Part shown: piece after piece, positions 24,317 to 35,453 of the stretch
Layout of the letters: every line of letters starts with the position of its first letter
Position numbering within the stretch: position 1 is the first letter of the stretch
Assembly: GCA_050273025.1 (NCBI GenBank)
Contig: CP158635.1
Location: forward strand, 10,788,001-10,852,000
From: Cenococcum geophilum
Taxonomy: Eukaryota
Direction of reading: 5' to 3'
DNA: 64,000 nucleotides
The notes under the pieces: generated by a model
Seen by the model: only the letters and a program-made list of their open reading frames with translations
Told to the model about the DNA's origin: nothing
Databases searched by the model: none
Made by a program: the position numbers and the translations under genes

Positions 24317-26095
24317 TCATCCTTGCAATAAAGACGCCTCTGCTTTCCCTATAAGCTCCGAAACCTCTACTAGACCTGGGCGTTGCCTTGCTAAGAGAAG
24401 GACGTCGGCTCCAATCGCATCATCCTGTATCCCACTTTCTTTACTCCGTACCCTACTCTCCAGGAATTTCTTTGCACTGCCGACCTCTTCCCGCCACCAT
24501 CTCCTCGCTGCCTCCTTTGTTTCTGCCGCACTTCCTTCTGGAAACTCTTTGCCTAGTCTTTCAACAGAGAATAGTTTAGTGCCAGACCTCATTATATTTC
24601 GATGCTTACCCTTCCACTCCGGTGCTCCAGCTGTACAGGATCTGATACATTCCCTCAATTCCATAGGTGTTGATCGAAACTCCGGAAATCGATGGTCCCA
24701 ATCCAGCTCCCGGAAAATCTCAATACCAATCCCACAATTAATCGAACCCATTGACTCAAAGATACACCAGAGCAACTTTCCTAGCATGAAGACCTGCGCC
24801 GCCTCCATCTCGGCCTGTGTGAGGGAAAGCCAGGCTGAGCTGAAGCCCCGTTCTGAGTTGCAGTATTTGTCGGTTTGTGTCAGAGGCTTCCAATCAGGTA
24901 TGAGAGAACGCAGCAGTGCGGTGCACTTTGCCTTGACTGGTTTGCATTCGACGCGCGTCGCAATGTACTCTTCGTATTCGATGTAGGCGACTTCGGGAGG
25001 AGACCAAGAGAACCAACCGCCGCGCTGCTCAAGGTCGATTAGCGTTGCGTGGCGAATACCGTCATGGGTACTCAGGAGGACGTTGTCGGGTTTGAGGTCA
25101 GGGTAAAACCCGGGAGTTGAATTGTTGATGTGTATCAAGGCATGGGTAACTTGACGAGCCCAGCGAAACTGGTCCCGCAGAGAAATAGAGGGTAGGATAC
25201 CGCATCGAGAGTGAGAGAGCGTGTCGCGAAGCGTGCCTAGGGGGTAGTACGGAAGGATGAACCCGCACACGCCTTCTTTGCCGCCAAAGCGACAGCGCTT
25301 CGTTACGATATATAGCGGTCGCGAGATGATGTTTGGGTGGGGCTCCATGGACAGAAGCATCTTAAGTTCGTGATATAGATACTTCACATCTCTCACTAGA
25401 GATTTGAAGACGAAATTCTTTGAAGGATGCCGAGTCGGTATTCGAACCAGAGTGATAGCTTCGTGGAGTTGGAACTGCATCTGCAAATCCGTGAGGTCGA
25501 CAACCTCGGGCCAGTTTTCAGGGGGGATGTTCCAGATTCCTCGCAACGTCTTTACCGAATACCATTGTTGTTCTACCTCGTATGTTGGGTAAAAATGGAT
25601 ATCCATTTGTCGGACATCACCGCGGACTGCGTTGATGTCTATACGACAGCCAAACGGCATGTTGTTGTACTCCGATTGGAAGCTGGGGAACTGTCCAGAC
25701 CAGAATTCTAACGCTCGCAGCACATGTTGGGAAATGCCAACCCGCGTGGCTTGTTCACTCCTCAGCAGCATTGTTGAACCCGACTGCAACAATTGGCGAA
25801 GTTGAAATGAATACTCATCTTGACCGGGAATGCACACATCAATCCGTAGCGGTGGGTGTCCAAGTGCAAAAGTAGGTACAGCAAAGAACCGAGTCCCGTC
25901 GACGTCAACCCCGTCAAGACGCCATTTTGGATGTTTTTGAGGACTAAGGCTTTCTATGCGGTTCTTAGGATTCAGGCAGGAACTCTCCCAGCTCGATGGA
26001 GCTACGGGGAGATCCTCATCCCATCTCAAAAGAGAAGAACTGTACGCAGCTGTGGGGTTCAGCACTGCGTCGAACATGGCTGTTGAAGGCTCCAT
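24317..26095 (-). CDS. Atypical protein kinase-like protein (~592 aa, single exon)
   Basis: ATG at 26095 (MEPSTAMF); VFK lysine, HELKML helix-C Glu, catalytic loop YPDLKPDN, IDLE where DFG is expected, VFMLGKLLWCIFE subdomain IX-like. Confidence 0.85.
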   Translation of the reverse strand: MEPSTAMFDAVLNPTAAYSSSLLRWDEDLPVAPSSWESSCLNPKNRIESLSPQKHPKWRLDGVDVDGTRFFAVPTFALGHPPLRIDVCIPGQDEYSFQLRQLLQSGSTMLLRSEQATRVGISQHVLRALEFWSGQFPSFQSEYNNMPFGCRIDINAVRGDVRQMDIHFYPTYEVEQQWYSVKTLRGIWNIPPENWPEVVDLTDLQMQFQLHEAITLVRIPTRHPSKNFVFKSLVRDVKYLYHELKMLLSMEPHPNIISRPLYIVTKRCRFGGKEGVCGFILPYYPLGTLRDTLSHSRCGILPSISLRDQFRWARQVTHALIHINNSTPGFYPDLKPDNVLLSTHDGIRHATLIDLEQRGGWFSWSPPEVAYIEYEEYIATRVECKPVKAKCTALLRSLIPDWKPLTQTDKYCNSERGFSSAWLSLTQAEMEAAQVFMLGKLLWCIFESMGSINCGIGIEIFRELDWDHRFPEFRSTPMELRECIRSCTAGAPEWKGKHRNIMRSGTKLFSVERLGKEFPEGSAAETKEAARRWWREEVGSAKKFLESRVRSKESGIQDDAIGADVLLLARQRPGLVEVSELIGKAEASLLQG

Positions 26096-26999
26096 GATGA
26101 CTGAAATCGCCCAGAAATGAATTAACAATCCGCCCGATTGAGCTAAAAGCAATACAAGCAGTCAATGATCCAAAACCAATATCGCTTTCGCGTCTGAAGA
26201 AAGGGGGATTCTACCCAGAGACCGCCACGGTCTGCGCGTAAGAGCCACCAGTCACGCAGAGTTGCAGGATGATTATTCCTGGCACGGCCTCGTGGACCTC
26301 CAAACCGGTGAAGCACTGAAAAAAGAGCCGCAACGTTTAGGATGCCGTCCGTCATATGATCATCCATCGGTGTAAAACACGAAGAGAGCCGGAGCGGTTT
26401 ATTGACGAGTCACACAGGTAAGACGTTAACCAATAATCATATGATTTACTTTTATAAACTGACTAGACCAGTGATCGGTGAAGCCGGAATACGACTATGA
26501 GTGTTACAATGCAAGTTGCCTTCTTCTAGTCCACGTTGCCTTCCCAGAGTCGAGACTGAACCGTCAGTGCTGATTCGCATATCGGAATAACGAGCCCATC
26601 CCCCGCATATTGCCTCTGCCGAGCCGTGCGAGTCACCCTTGGTCATTGTGGTGATCGCCTGCAGATTATCCAAAAGCTATGATGAAGGCGTCGCCCTTTC
26701 GATGCATCCAGGTGAAGGCAACGTAATGGTTACACTGCTTCGGACACGTCCATGTGCCCATGTCCTTTCTACACAGCCCGAGCATCTTCCGAAATTGGAA
26801 CGCAAAAGCCTGGCACGAGTGACGTTGTTTGAAACAAGAGCTCAACCCTCGAAAAAGGGTGCTGTTATGAAAGAAGTTAGGAATAGTAGAACAAGAGTCA
26901 ACAAGCTGAGATGTAAAAAGAAGCGTGCATTGTTAAGCATGTTATCAATTTAATAAGTAGGCCGTAAGATTTGATCGTGTATATAAAGAACAGAAAATT

Positions 27000-28371
27000 T
27001 CAAGAGCACAACCTCTCGCTGAGCTTAAAACGCAGTTTTGGTAGTGCAACAACATTCCACTTTTCCTCCAATTCATTACTCTCATAAATCCGTTGATTCC
27101 CCATCTGGAGTTGATAAGGCAACTTCCATGCCAATTCCTCGTTCTTCAACCACATGCGGACAAGATAACGAGTAGCTCTAGGGTCGTCTTCGAAAGCCTC
27201 TCTTGAGTGTAACAAAGCGTGATTGTTAATGAACGTCAGGTCGCCGGGTTGTATGTCCAGAATCAACTGGCTTTCGCGTGCAAGAGATTCAATCAGGTCG
27301 AGTGCTTCGCGTTGTTCTCCGGAAAGCACCGGGAAGCCCTCTGTTCTTTTGACATTATTAAGACCTATGAGAGGCTCCCGAGCAAAATTTAAAATGATGC
27401 GTCCACCATGATAGAACAGTAGCGGCCGTGTATTGCAATCAAACAATCTGCCGCGACTATTGTGCGTTTTAGGTTAGATAGCCAATTTAGAACCAACTCG
27501 CGTATGCCAGAAAACTAACCTATCGAACGGCCAGTTGGGACGGGCCAAGACCTCCAGCAGATCTGGTCTTGTAGCTGCTATCTTGTTGTAAATTGTCCAT
27601 GAAGCTGCAATGATGTGATTACCTCCTTTTGCGGCGCAATTTCTTGTTTGAAGAGCAAGTATGTCGCAGAATGCGTCTGTGTGGAATGTCTTTGATCTAG
27701 ATTAGTTTTTGAAGAAGAGTTAAGAGGGGGGTAGCGATACTGAAGCTCGGGTCGAAAACCTTGTGGGCCGATTTTGTTGCGATTCGCGGGAATTTTTTGC
27801 GTCGGATATATGCACTTCAAAATGTCATGAATAGGGGGAAGTAAACTAGAAAGATTAAAGACATACTAAGCATGCTTCCGTCATCATCTTGCTTTGCCCT
27901 CTTTTCCCCAATGTAGCTTGAAATCCCCAAGAATAATAGGATGTTGTCCTCCGATGAATAATGGTTGGGATCCAGCCCTCGAATATTCACAAATCCTTTG
28001 CCATGGTGTAGATCTTCTGCGTAGTGAAGGAGCATTTTACCTAGTGTTGGTAGCGGAAAGTTATGGCGGTTGACTTCATTCCCATCCCGACCAAGACCTG
28101 ACTCTTCTTAGAAACGGAAACCAAAATTCATCTAAGAATACGATAGCTCACTCTTGAAATATGCCAAAGCAGTGCGAATTTCAAATTTGTGCTGTGCAGT
28201 TAACTCGTGCGTATAGTCTACGTGCGTGTGAAAGCTAGACGCATCCCAAGTCAGGTCACCCGTTAAGACCGACGGCCAGTATTGTACTTGTTCTGAGATA
28301 TTCGACAGGCTCGATCTGCAGGGACTACAGGGAGCTAAGCCTAGGGCCTCGGCCAATGTTCCTGGTGCCAT
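27000..28371 (-). CDS. TauD/TfdA (clavaminate synthase-like) Fe(II)/2-oxoglutarate dioxygenase, 5 exons
   Basis: Exons 28371-28152, 28097-27867, 27814-27741, 27689-27520 and 27456-27000 joined by GT-AG introns; HxD motif FHTDA, distal His in NNHALLHSR, R.LVRMWL. Confidence 0.9.
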
Positions 28372-29323
28372 TGCAAGAGAGAAAGCAGTGGAATTCGACC
28401 GTGATGTGGTTGCAAGACGACTTGGATATGCCTAGGTGAGAGCGGCCTGTGGTAATATTTGATGGGAATGGCTGAAAGGCTTTGGATGTTATAGTGGATC
28501 TACCGCGGCTCTATCCAGTATGTAGCATTAGGCTCAAAAAGGATGCTTCTGATAATGGTTGCCCGAAGACTGAAAGATCATTGCTCACTCGAAGCGGAGC
28601 CCTAACGACGAAACAACTTTCCTGCTAGCAAGCAGCTGTGGATAGCCACACTACTCTCTTAGGAGTTCGACTGCTCAACCCCAGTCGAATCAGCCAGCAA
28701 TGCTTCAAGCAGCATTTTGAGCTATGTAGAACAAACGCTCTAACCAAATGCGGTGGTCGGAGGCGAATCACCAAGACATGAGAGGCGTCCGCCCGCAACG
28801 ACACCAGTAGCATCCTCAATTTACCTGATGCACAGACAGAATGAGATCTGTCACCTGGCCGCAGATAAGTATATAGGAGACAATTGGTCCTTGATAATTA
28901 ACTATGATAGTCATCACATGCTCGGTGGCAAGAGCACAGAGGGCGCCATGGGCGGATTCCAAGTTCCTGGATAAAAAGATCTAGCGCTTACAGTGCGGTC
29001 GAGTTCCTCGGTCGTTGGAAACACATGATCCCATGAGTTGGTAGGGGTCTGACCAAGAGGGAGAGGTGAATCCGTTAATCAGACAACGAGGTTCTTACAG
29101 CGTAGAGGCTTATAATCATTCATCATTGGCCGGTATGCAGCCAACAGAAGTACTGGTATGCCCCAACACATGCAGATCTACCCCGCTCCGGTCAAGACAA
29201 GGCAACTATCGAAAGAAGCAGCTTGCAGAACCAGACGTTATTCCTTAAGGGGATATTAAGAGCCTCCGTGACAAGATGCACCATAGATTTAGCCGGGAAT
29301 TGATGGAACATCAGAGGTGTATT

Positions 29324-31641
29324 CTAAACGGCCGGTGAATGCTCGTAGGTGTCGCGCGGAGACCAGTCTATGTCGAAGAGCTGACTAGTAAACCAGTAGG
29401 TATCCTCATACTGATCAGTAAGGCTAACGGCTTGCAAAAGCGACACTGTTGACTGTTAGTGCGCATTCGCTGGCGGTTATGTTACTTGATAATCACCATT
29501 TTGATTAACCCGCTCCTTGATTTTCTCCATGAACATGATCTGCTCGCTATCTAATTGAGCCATTTTCCGTATCTGAGGTATTGCCCAGTCAAAGTCTGGA
29601 TGGAATGGCTGCTGACCTTTACAGCAGTAGTGGAAGTGGGCTAGAATTGTTTTGGCTCCAGAATGTGTTGCGCGAACGAGCGGCATGTCAAGGTAACGCA
29701 CCTGAGAGGCATCAATACCGAAAATCGAGGTTTCAAAAAATAATTCTGTCTCACCTGAGCTTGTCGCCTAGAGGCAAACTGCCTCTGAAAGAGCACTTGG
29801 AGCTCGTAATTGTGCAGTAGTATGAATGAGGTTAAAAATATGGGATACCAATTGCTTGGTTTGTTCGAGAGAACTAAGCCTTGCAAACCGTGCAATGTAT
29901 CATGCCTCAAAGGCCCTAGTATTCGTTGTATGATAACTGAAGCTAATTGGTAGTCTATGTACGGAGGAGGTGATATCCAGTCGTAAAACGGATTCTTCAG
30001 GCTTTCGGCATTCAGCGTATCGTCACCACAGCATCTCCAGCGTGATTCGATGAAGCGACAGACAACCCACAAGCGTAGGACGTTACGAAGCAACTTGTTC
30101 TTACGAAACGGTTAGATTGTGAAAGAGCTTAACGCATAGATGTAAGGGGTTACTAACAGGCATCGGAAACACTGACAGCCGAAATGCAACATGGAAAACA
30201 TCCCAGACCAAGCTATCCGTATCATCCAGCATTGCGTCGAGATAAGATCCAACGCTTTGATCTATATACGCGTTGATAGTTTCGACAGCAACATCTGGGT
30301 CTGCAATCGCCCAAGGAATACAATACATCGATCGTCCTTTGAGATCTAAAGAATTTTTTTCGTACGGCGGATGGAATTCTCGAACTTCTAACCTCAAAAC
30401 TATAGAGCTTCGGTCTTGAGTAACATCTAGAAATCTAGTTTTAGCCCCCACCCAGTCCTTAGCGATATGAAAGTCTCCATAGGTTGGTCCGATCATGGGG
30501 TGTCTCTTGTAAAAAGGCATGTAATCAAGCCCAGTTCTAAAAAGCACACTATCCGTAATCTTGTATCGAAGACATGGGAGTCGAGTAATACGGGTCATGA
30601 TTCCCTGGCATGATATACAAGGTCCTTTGGGATTGGTAAGGTCTAGTTTACACTGCGAATCATCAGCTGTATGATCTGGATGCGAAGCTAGCCATTAATG
30701 AGTACCCTATTTCGCTGCATTCTACACCTTAGACAGGCATTGAGTTGGCGTGTCAAGCTTGTCTCTTTTCGTATCCTGTCATCTTTGAACGGCTTTCTCT
30801 TGGTCTTCACTTGTGACAAAGCCGTTCCAGGTGAAGACACGCTAGCCACGCATTCTGTATCGGGTTGACGTACACAGCCAGTGCTAAGACCGTCAGGCTT
30901 CGGTGCCAGATATTGTAGAGGGATTGAATTCCTCAACGGGGAGACCTCTGGTAATTTCGAGACGACGTTTGGCTGCTGTTGTACATACGGGGAACCAGCA
31001 AGACTCATAATGGCAGTATCACTAGTGTCACTGTTCTCCGAGCTTTCAGTTAACGCATCAATCTCTGTAGACTCGCCGGACCACGGAGGTGTAATTTCAG
31101 TCCACCCATTATTATCAGAATCATCTGAAGATGACTGATGCAAGAGCAACGGACGAGACGATATCAAGGATGTATTCCAAATGGAATCGGAGGTGGAGTC
31201 GAGTGCGGTATCGCTGTCGTGCGATGTCCAACTGATGCTTGTATGATCTTCTTTAGGCGCAGAATTACGAAACTCTTCTTCAGTCGTTGTATGATCCACA
31301 GTATATGCTTCCTCCGGAAGCACACCTGGGTTTAACGGAGGGAGATTCGACCGGTGCTGGAGGAGAAAAGAAGGTACAGGCAGGGATATGCCGACAAAGG
31401 GAATTCCTAAGTCCGGGTCATAGCTGTCGTAAGGTGGTAGAATGCTATCATGCTTGCTTCCGACTACTGAAGTAATGTTCTGCTGTTCAGATGGCCCAGG
31501 AGCTGCCGGATTGGTGGCAAATTCTTTCGATGCAGCTGCAAGCTCGTTAATGGAGATGCCCAAGATACTAGCGGCCTGTCGCAGAACTTCGAGCTGATTT
31601 TCGGAGAAGGCCTGCTCCCCGGGAGGTGGTTGCGAGTCCAT
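29324..31641 (-). CDS. Zn(II)2Cys6-like fungal transcription factor, multi-exon
   Basis: ATG at 31641; Ser/acidic N-terminus; basic stretch then CLRCRMQRNR|C(x10)CISC(x10)C across an intron at ~30655-30705. Downstream exons match ORFs 30101-30598, 29641-30093 and 29477-29701; last exon ends YWFTSQLFDIDWSP...AV* at 29324. Confidence 0.8.
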
Positions 31642-32052
31642 AGAGCTGCGCTTTGAGCAAAGCTCAGATTGTCCTAACCAGAAGATTCGATCTAAGTGGC
31701 CCGCTCCCCCAACTCCAAACACGCAACACGGCGCTAGAGTACACTAGTTGTTGATTGTGTGAATAGCGGTGGGAAGGGGGTTGTAGGAATAGCTTGGCGC
31801 CGCTACCATACCACGTGCATTTCAATCATGGAGCAAGTTTAAATTCGCCGAATGCATACGGACACTGTTGTCGAGACAGTCGTATCTGAATTTCAGGTCC
31901 AGATATTTCGGAGAGCAGAGTGCGGATTTGACGTGTATCTGCTCTGTTGCCCCGAAGATATGTCGTGCAAGAGTTAGGCGCTGATGTGTTGCAGATCCTT
32001 TGGTGCGATGATAACGCGAATATCGCAGATGACCACTTACGACGTTCCGTGA

Positions 32053-32268
32053 AAACCGATGAGAGTGTCATTGATGCACAGCTAAACCGATGAAGCCTTC
32101 GTCGGGCGTCCATGATGAAACCGATGAGCGTTTCAGCGTGTAATATTTGCGGCTCAAACCGTAGATGCACTCTACCAATTAGAATCCTCTAATAGAAAAC
32201 CGGTGTGGACTTCACCGATGGTAATGAACCAATCATAGTTTAGCTCAGCCCTATGCATCCCCGATGCC
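32053..32268. promoter_or_regulatory. Clustered CCGATG motifs in the divergent TF/Nudix intergenic region
   Basis: AAACCGATGA at 32053, 32084 and 32118; CACCGATGG at 32213; CCGATG at 32261. The motif contains the CGG triplet typical of Zn2Cys6 half-sites. Confidence 0.35.
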
Positions 32269-32586
32269 TGATTTTCTATCTCACGACATTTACATAGACG
32301 CTACTCTGCCTTTAAACTATTACATGCATACAAAAGCTGCTAACTCCCTCTTCTGTTTCGAAATCCACCAAGATGAGGAATTTGATTCGCTACTTTGGCC
32401 TACATGCAAGCAACGTTTTTGGCTATTACCAACATCTTCAAATGTTTATGTGGCCTGCTTTTCTTTACCTCTTTTGGCAAGTTTGCTTCGTCTACTAGCC
32501 ACAAGAAAAATCCTACCAATAGTATGGGGATAGATCAGCACTCCTTTGGTCTTGGGCCGAGTTTTAGCAACGGGACAGACAGTATC

Positions 32587-33591
32587 ATGATTCCTGGCAA
32601 AGAATTCAACAGCTTAGACCTGATTAAACAGATTGATACGTGAGTATTTCTCCACTCAAACGCGTGAGGGCTTCATTGAACCATCAACTATTCATCCAGA
32701 TGGCCATATTATCAACATGGCCCAGAAGAATATCGAGCATTCGTCGATGACTACTACTATTTTATCGTTGAGGGATACAAGGCACCCCTAGGTTACACAC
32801 ACAAGTCGTTCGTGGAGGCCATGAATTGGCTTCCATATTGGCATATCGACCATGAGAAACGTCTTTTAGTTCTCTCCGGAATATCTAGTCTCAATGAACG
32901 AACCAATGCCATGCAGGCTACCCTTCGCCAGGGGCATACGGATGGCAGAGTCCAATGTTTGCGGAAGTGGGGGAGGGAGCTCATTGCAGTTGTCTCATCT
33001 ACTGGAGAACACGTATTAGATATGGATCTTTGCGGCGTCGATATATTTGGTATTATCACGTCTGGTGTTCACCTAACCGCGTACGTTAGGACTGAAGAAG
33101 GCTTGAAGTACTGGGTTCCAAGAAGAGCAATGACGAAGACGCCGTATCCTGGGATGCTCGATAATACCGTTGCTACAAATCTTGCTTCCGGGCAGAAGCC
33201 GCTGGAGAAGCTTGTTCAAAGGGCCTTAGAAGAAGCCTCCATCCCGGAAGCTTACACGCGGTGGTATGCAAAAGCATGTGGGACAATCTCGTACCAAATG
33301 TCTCGGACCAATGATGGCAAGCCAGGTTGCCAACACCATGTCCAGTATGTATACGAGATGGAATTAACACCCGAAATTGTTCCAACGCCGTCTAATGGTG
33401 AAGTTGAGAGGTTCCGGTTGATGAGCCTTGAGGAGGTGGCTGAAGCTCTGGCCCGTGGAGAGTTTAATTTCCGTGCCATGACCTGGATAGCACATTTTGT
33501 TCGGCATGGGATAGTGAATGCTGAGAACGAGGCAAATTTAGCGGAGGTCTGCGCTCGACTGCATCGGAAGCATGATATTTTCATAATATAG
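32587..33591 (+). CDS. Nudix hydrolase (YJR142W/thiamine-pyrophosphokinase-related type), 2 exons
   Basis: ATG at 32587, intron ~32640-32698; FGIITSGVHLTAY, WVPRRA.TK.PYPGMLDNTVA, Nudix-box-like LEEASI, P.NGEVE.F.L. Confidence 0.85.
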
Positions 33592-35453
33592 GCAGGATAC
33601 GATAATGGCTATGTTACTTGTGTTCAACTCCACTACTCTCGTAGACTCAATATGTGATTGAATCGATTAATTTTTAGAATTTCTATACAACACCGTCGTA
33701 AAAGCCTCACCCCCGCCTCACTTTTCCCAGTTCCAACCCTTAGGAGTAAATTTCATCGGTTCTAGGAACTGGCCCATCTCAAAATGTGACTGGTCAGTGT
33801 GTACATGGCTCTGGGCCCCAACCATGAACCACAAGGGCGGCTATTCCGGGCGCCTCCGCATTCTTAGAAGAGCTTGGTGAAGCTTTTGGTTGGTTCGTGG
33901 TTGGACCAATCCATTCCTCTCCTAGAAACCGGGGAGGCGTCTTTCCTACCTGGGCCGAACAGCCGAACCGCGCCAAGACCGATGAGCACGGCTACCGGTC
34001 TGTCAATCACATAGTTTGGCATATGTGCCCTTACTGCCATGATTAGGCTCAATTCTGCGCATGTCGAATTAGAAACACGCCTGAAACCAGGCACACGTTA
34101 GTAACCATCGTGAAAGCCCTACCATACCCCATGATGGAGGCAATGAGAACTGACCCCACTCAGCTTTCTAGGAGTCAACACGATGGAGGATTGTACGGTT
34201 GTACAGCTCAGAGCGGTCCAGGCGGCCGGTAATTGGCTTAAAGGACAGTACGTCCATACCATCTAGGTTGGGGCGATATAAATAAGTACTTACCACCTTG
34301 AAATGGAGTGATTTAGCACCTGAGCATACTGAATCCTCTTAACTCATCCCTGCAAGCGTTATCCCTCGATAGCGTCACTGCTATTTGATCCTTCTACCAA
34401 CTCTTAACATGGATTTAGCTCAACTGTCCTTCAATAATGAGGATTACCTAGTCTCAGACATGAGCGCAGAATTAAATAATCAAGTACCAACCTTCACCGA
34501 TTTTTTGATACTCGCAAGGCCGTACACATCTGACCTTTGCTTCAATGGTATATATCCACTCTTCTATGATCAGATGAATATTATTCAGCACAATGCTTAA
34601 CTTGAAGCCCAGAATTTTCCGCAGAGGATGTCACAAACCACTGTCATGAGAAGATGGCTGAATCCGACTTGTGGTCTGTTGAGGTAGGGTCCCGGTAAAG
34701 CCAGATTACCACAGGATTGACAAAATTAGGCTGTTAATGGCGACGAGGTGAAAGCCTGCAAGAGCTTCCCATTAAGTGTGATTAGTGATAATTTGGCCAC
34801 GCGGAGTGCCCGTAGCGTGCTGTTAGTAGGGGTGGCTATGCTTGTGTTTCTTGCAATGTGGAGTTTCAACTACTTGGATTTCTGTTAAGTTTATGACCTT
34901 GTTCGTGTTTGCATTAATACTGGATGGTGTTATTGTCAGCAGACGATCTCTTGAAGGGAGGCAATAAATTCCTGACTCCTAATTAGACGGACCGGGCGTA
35001 AGAGGAGTGTTGTTTTCCTTTGGTTTCGGTACTGTTGCGTTGTTATGACGTGTCCGGCAGCTCGGTTTCGCGTATACGTACGTTAATTCCTGTAGTTTTA
35101 CTCTGGATGAAAATATTTATTGATAATTCTGGTATCGGTGCTTGTGTCCCATCAATACATTTCAAAGAGTTGCTGCAGCCATAGAAGGACGCCTATGAGT
35201 AGTATGCAACCAGGGGAATTCGCAATGAAAAGGATGCTGATTGGCGATTGACTTCCTAACGCCCGCTCAAGCTCTAGGTTGAGAATACCTGGATATGGTT
35301 GCTGTTGGAAACCAAAAGACGTGATGAGCCATGGCAAATAATTTGGAATAATATAGATAAAGAAAAGACTTAATTGGGTATATAATCCTGACTCCAAATC
35401 CACATCGACAATGTTTGACCTTACACCAAGACAACTTACAAAACAATTCCTGA

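Noticed and set aside
24282..24986. 234-aa plus-strand ORF and other short antisense ORFs over island genes
   Set aside because: Antisense shadows of motif-bearing genes with no domain features.
33790..34700. Short ORFs between the Nudix and FHIP genes
   Set aside because: No recognisable motifs or convincing splice structure; possibly gene relics but unsupported.
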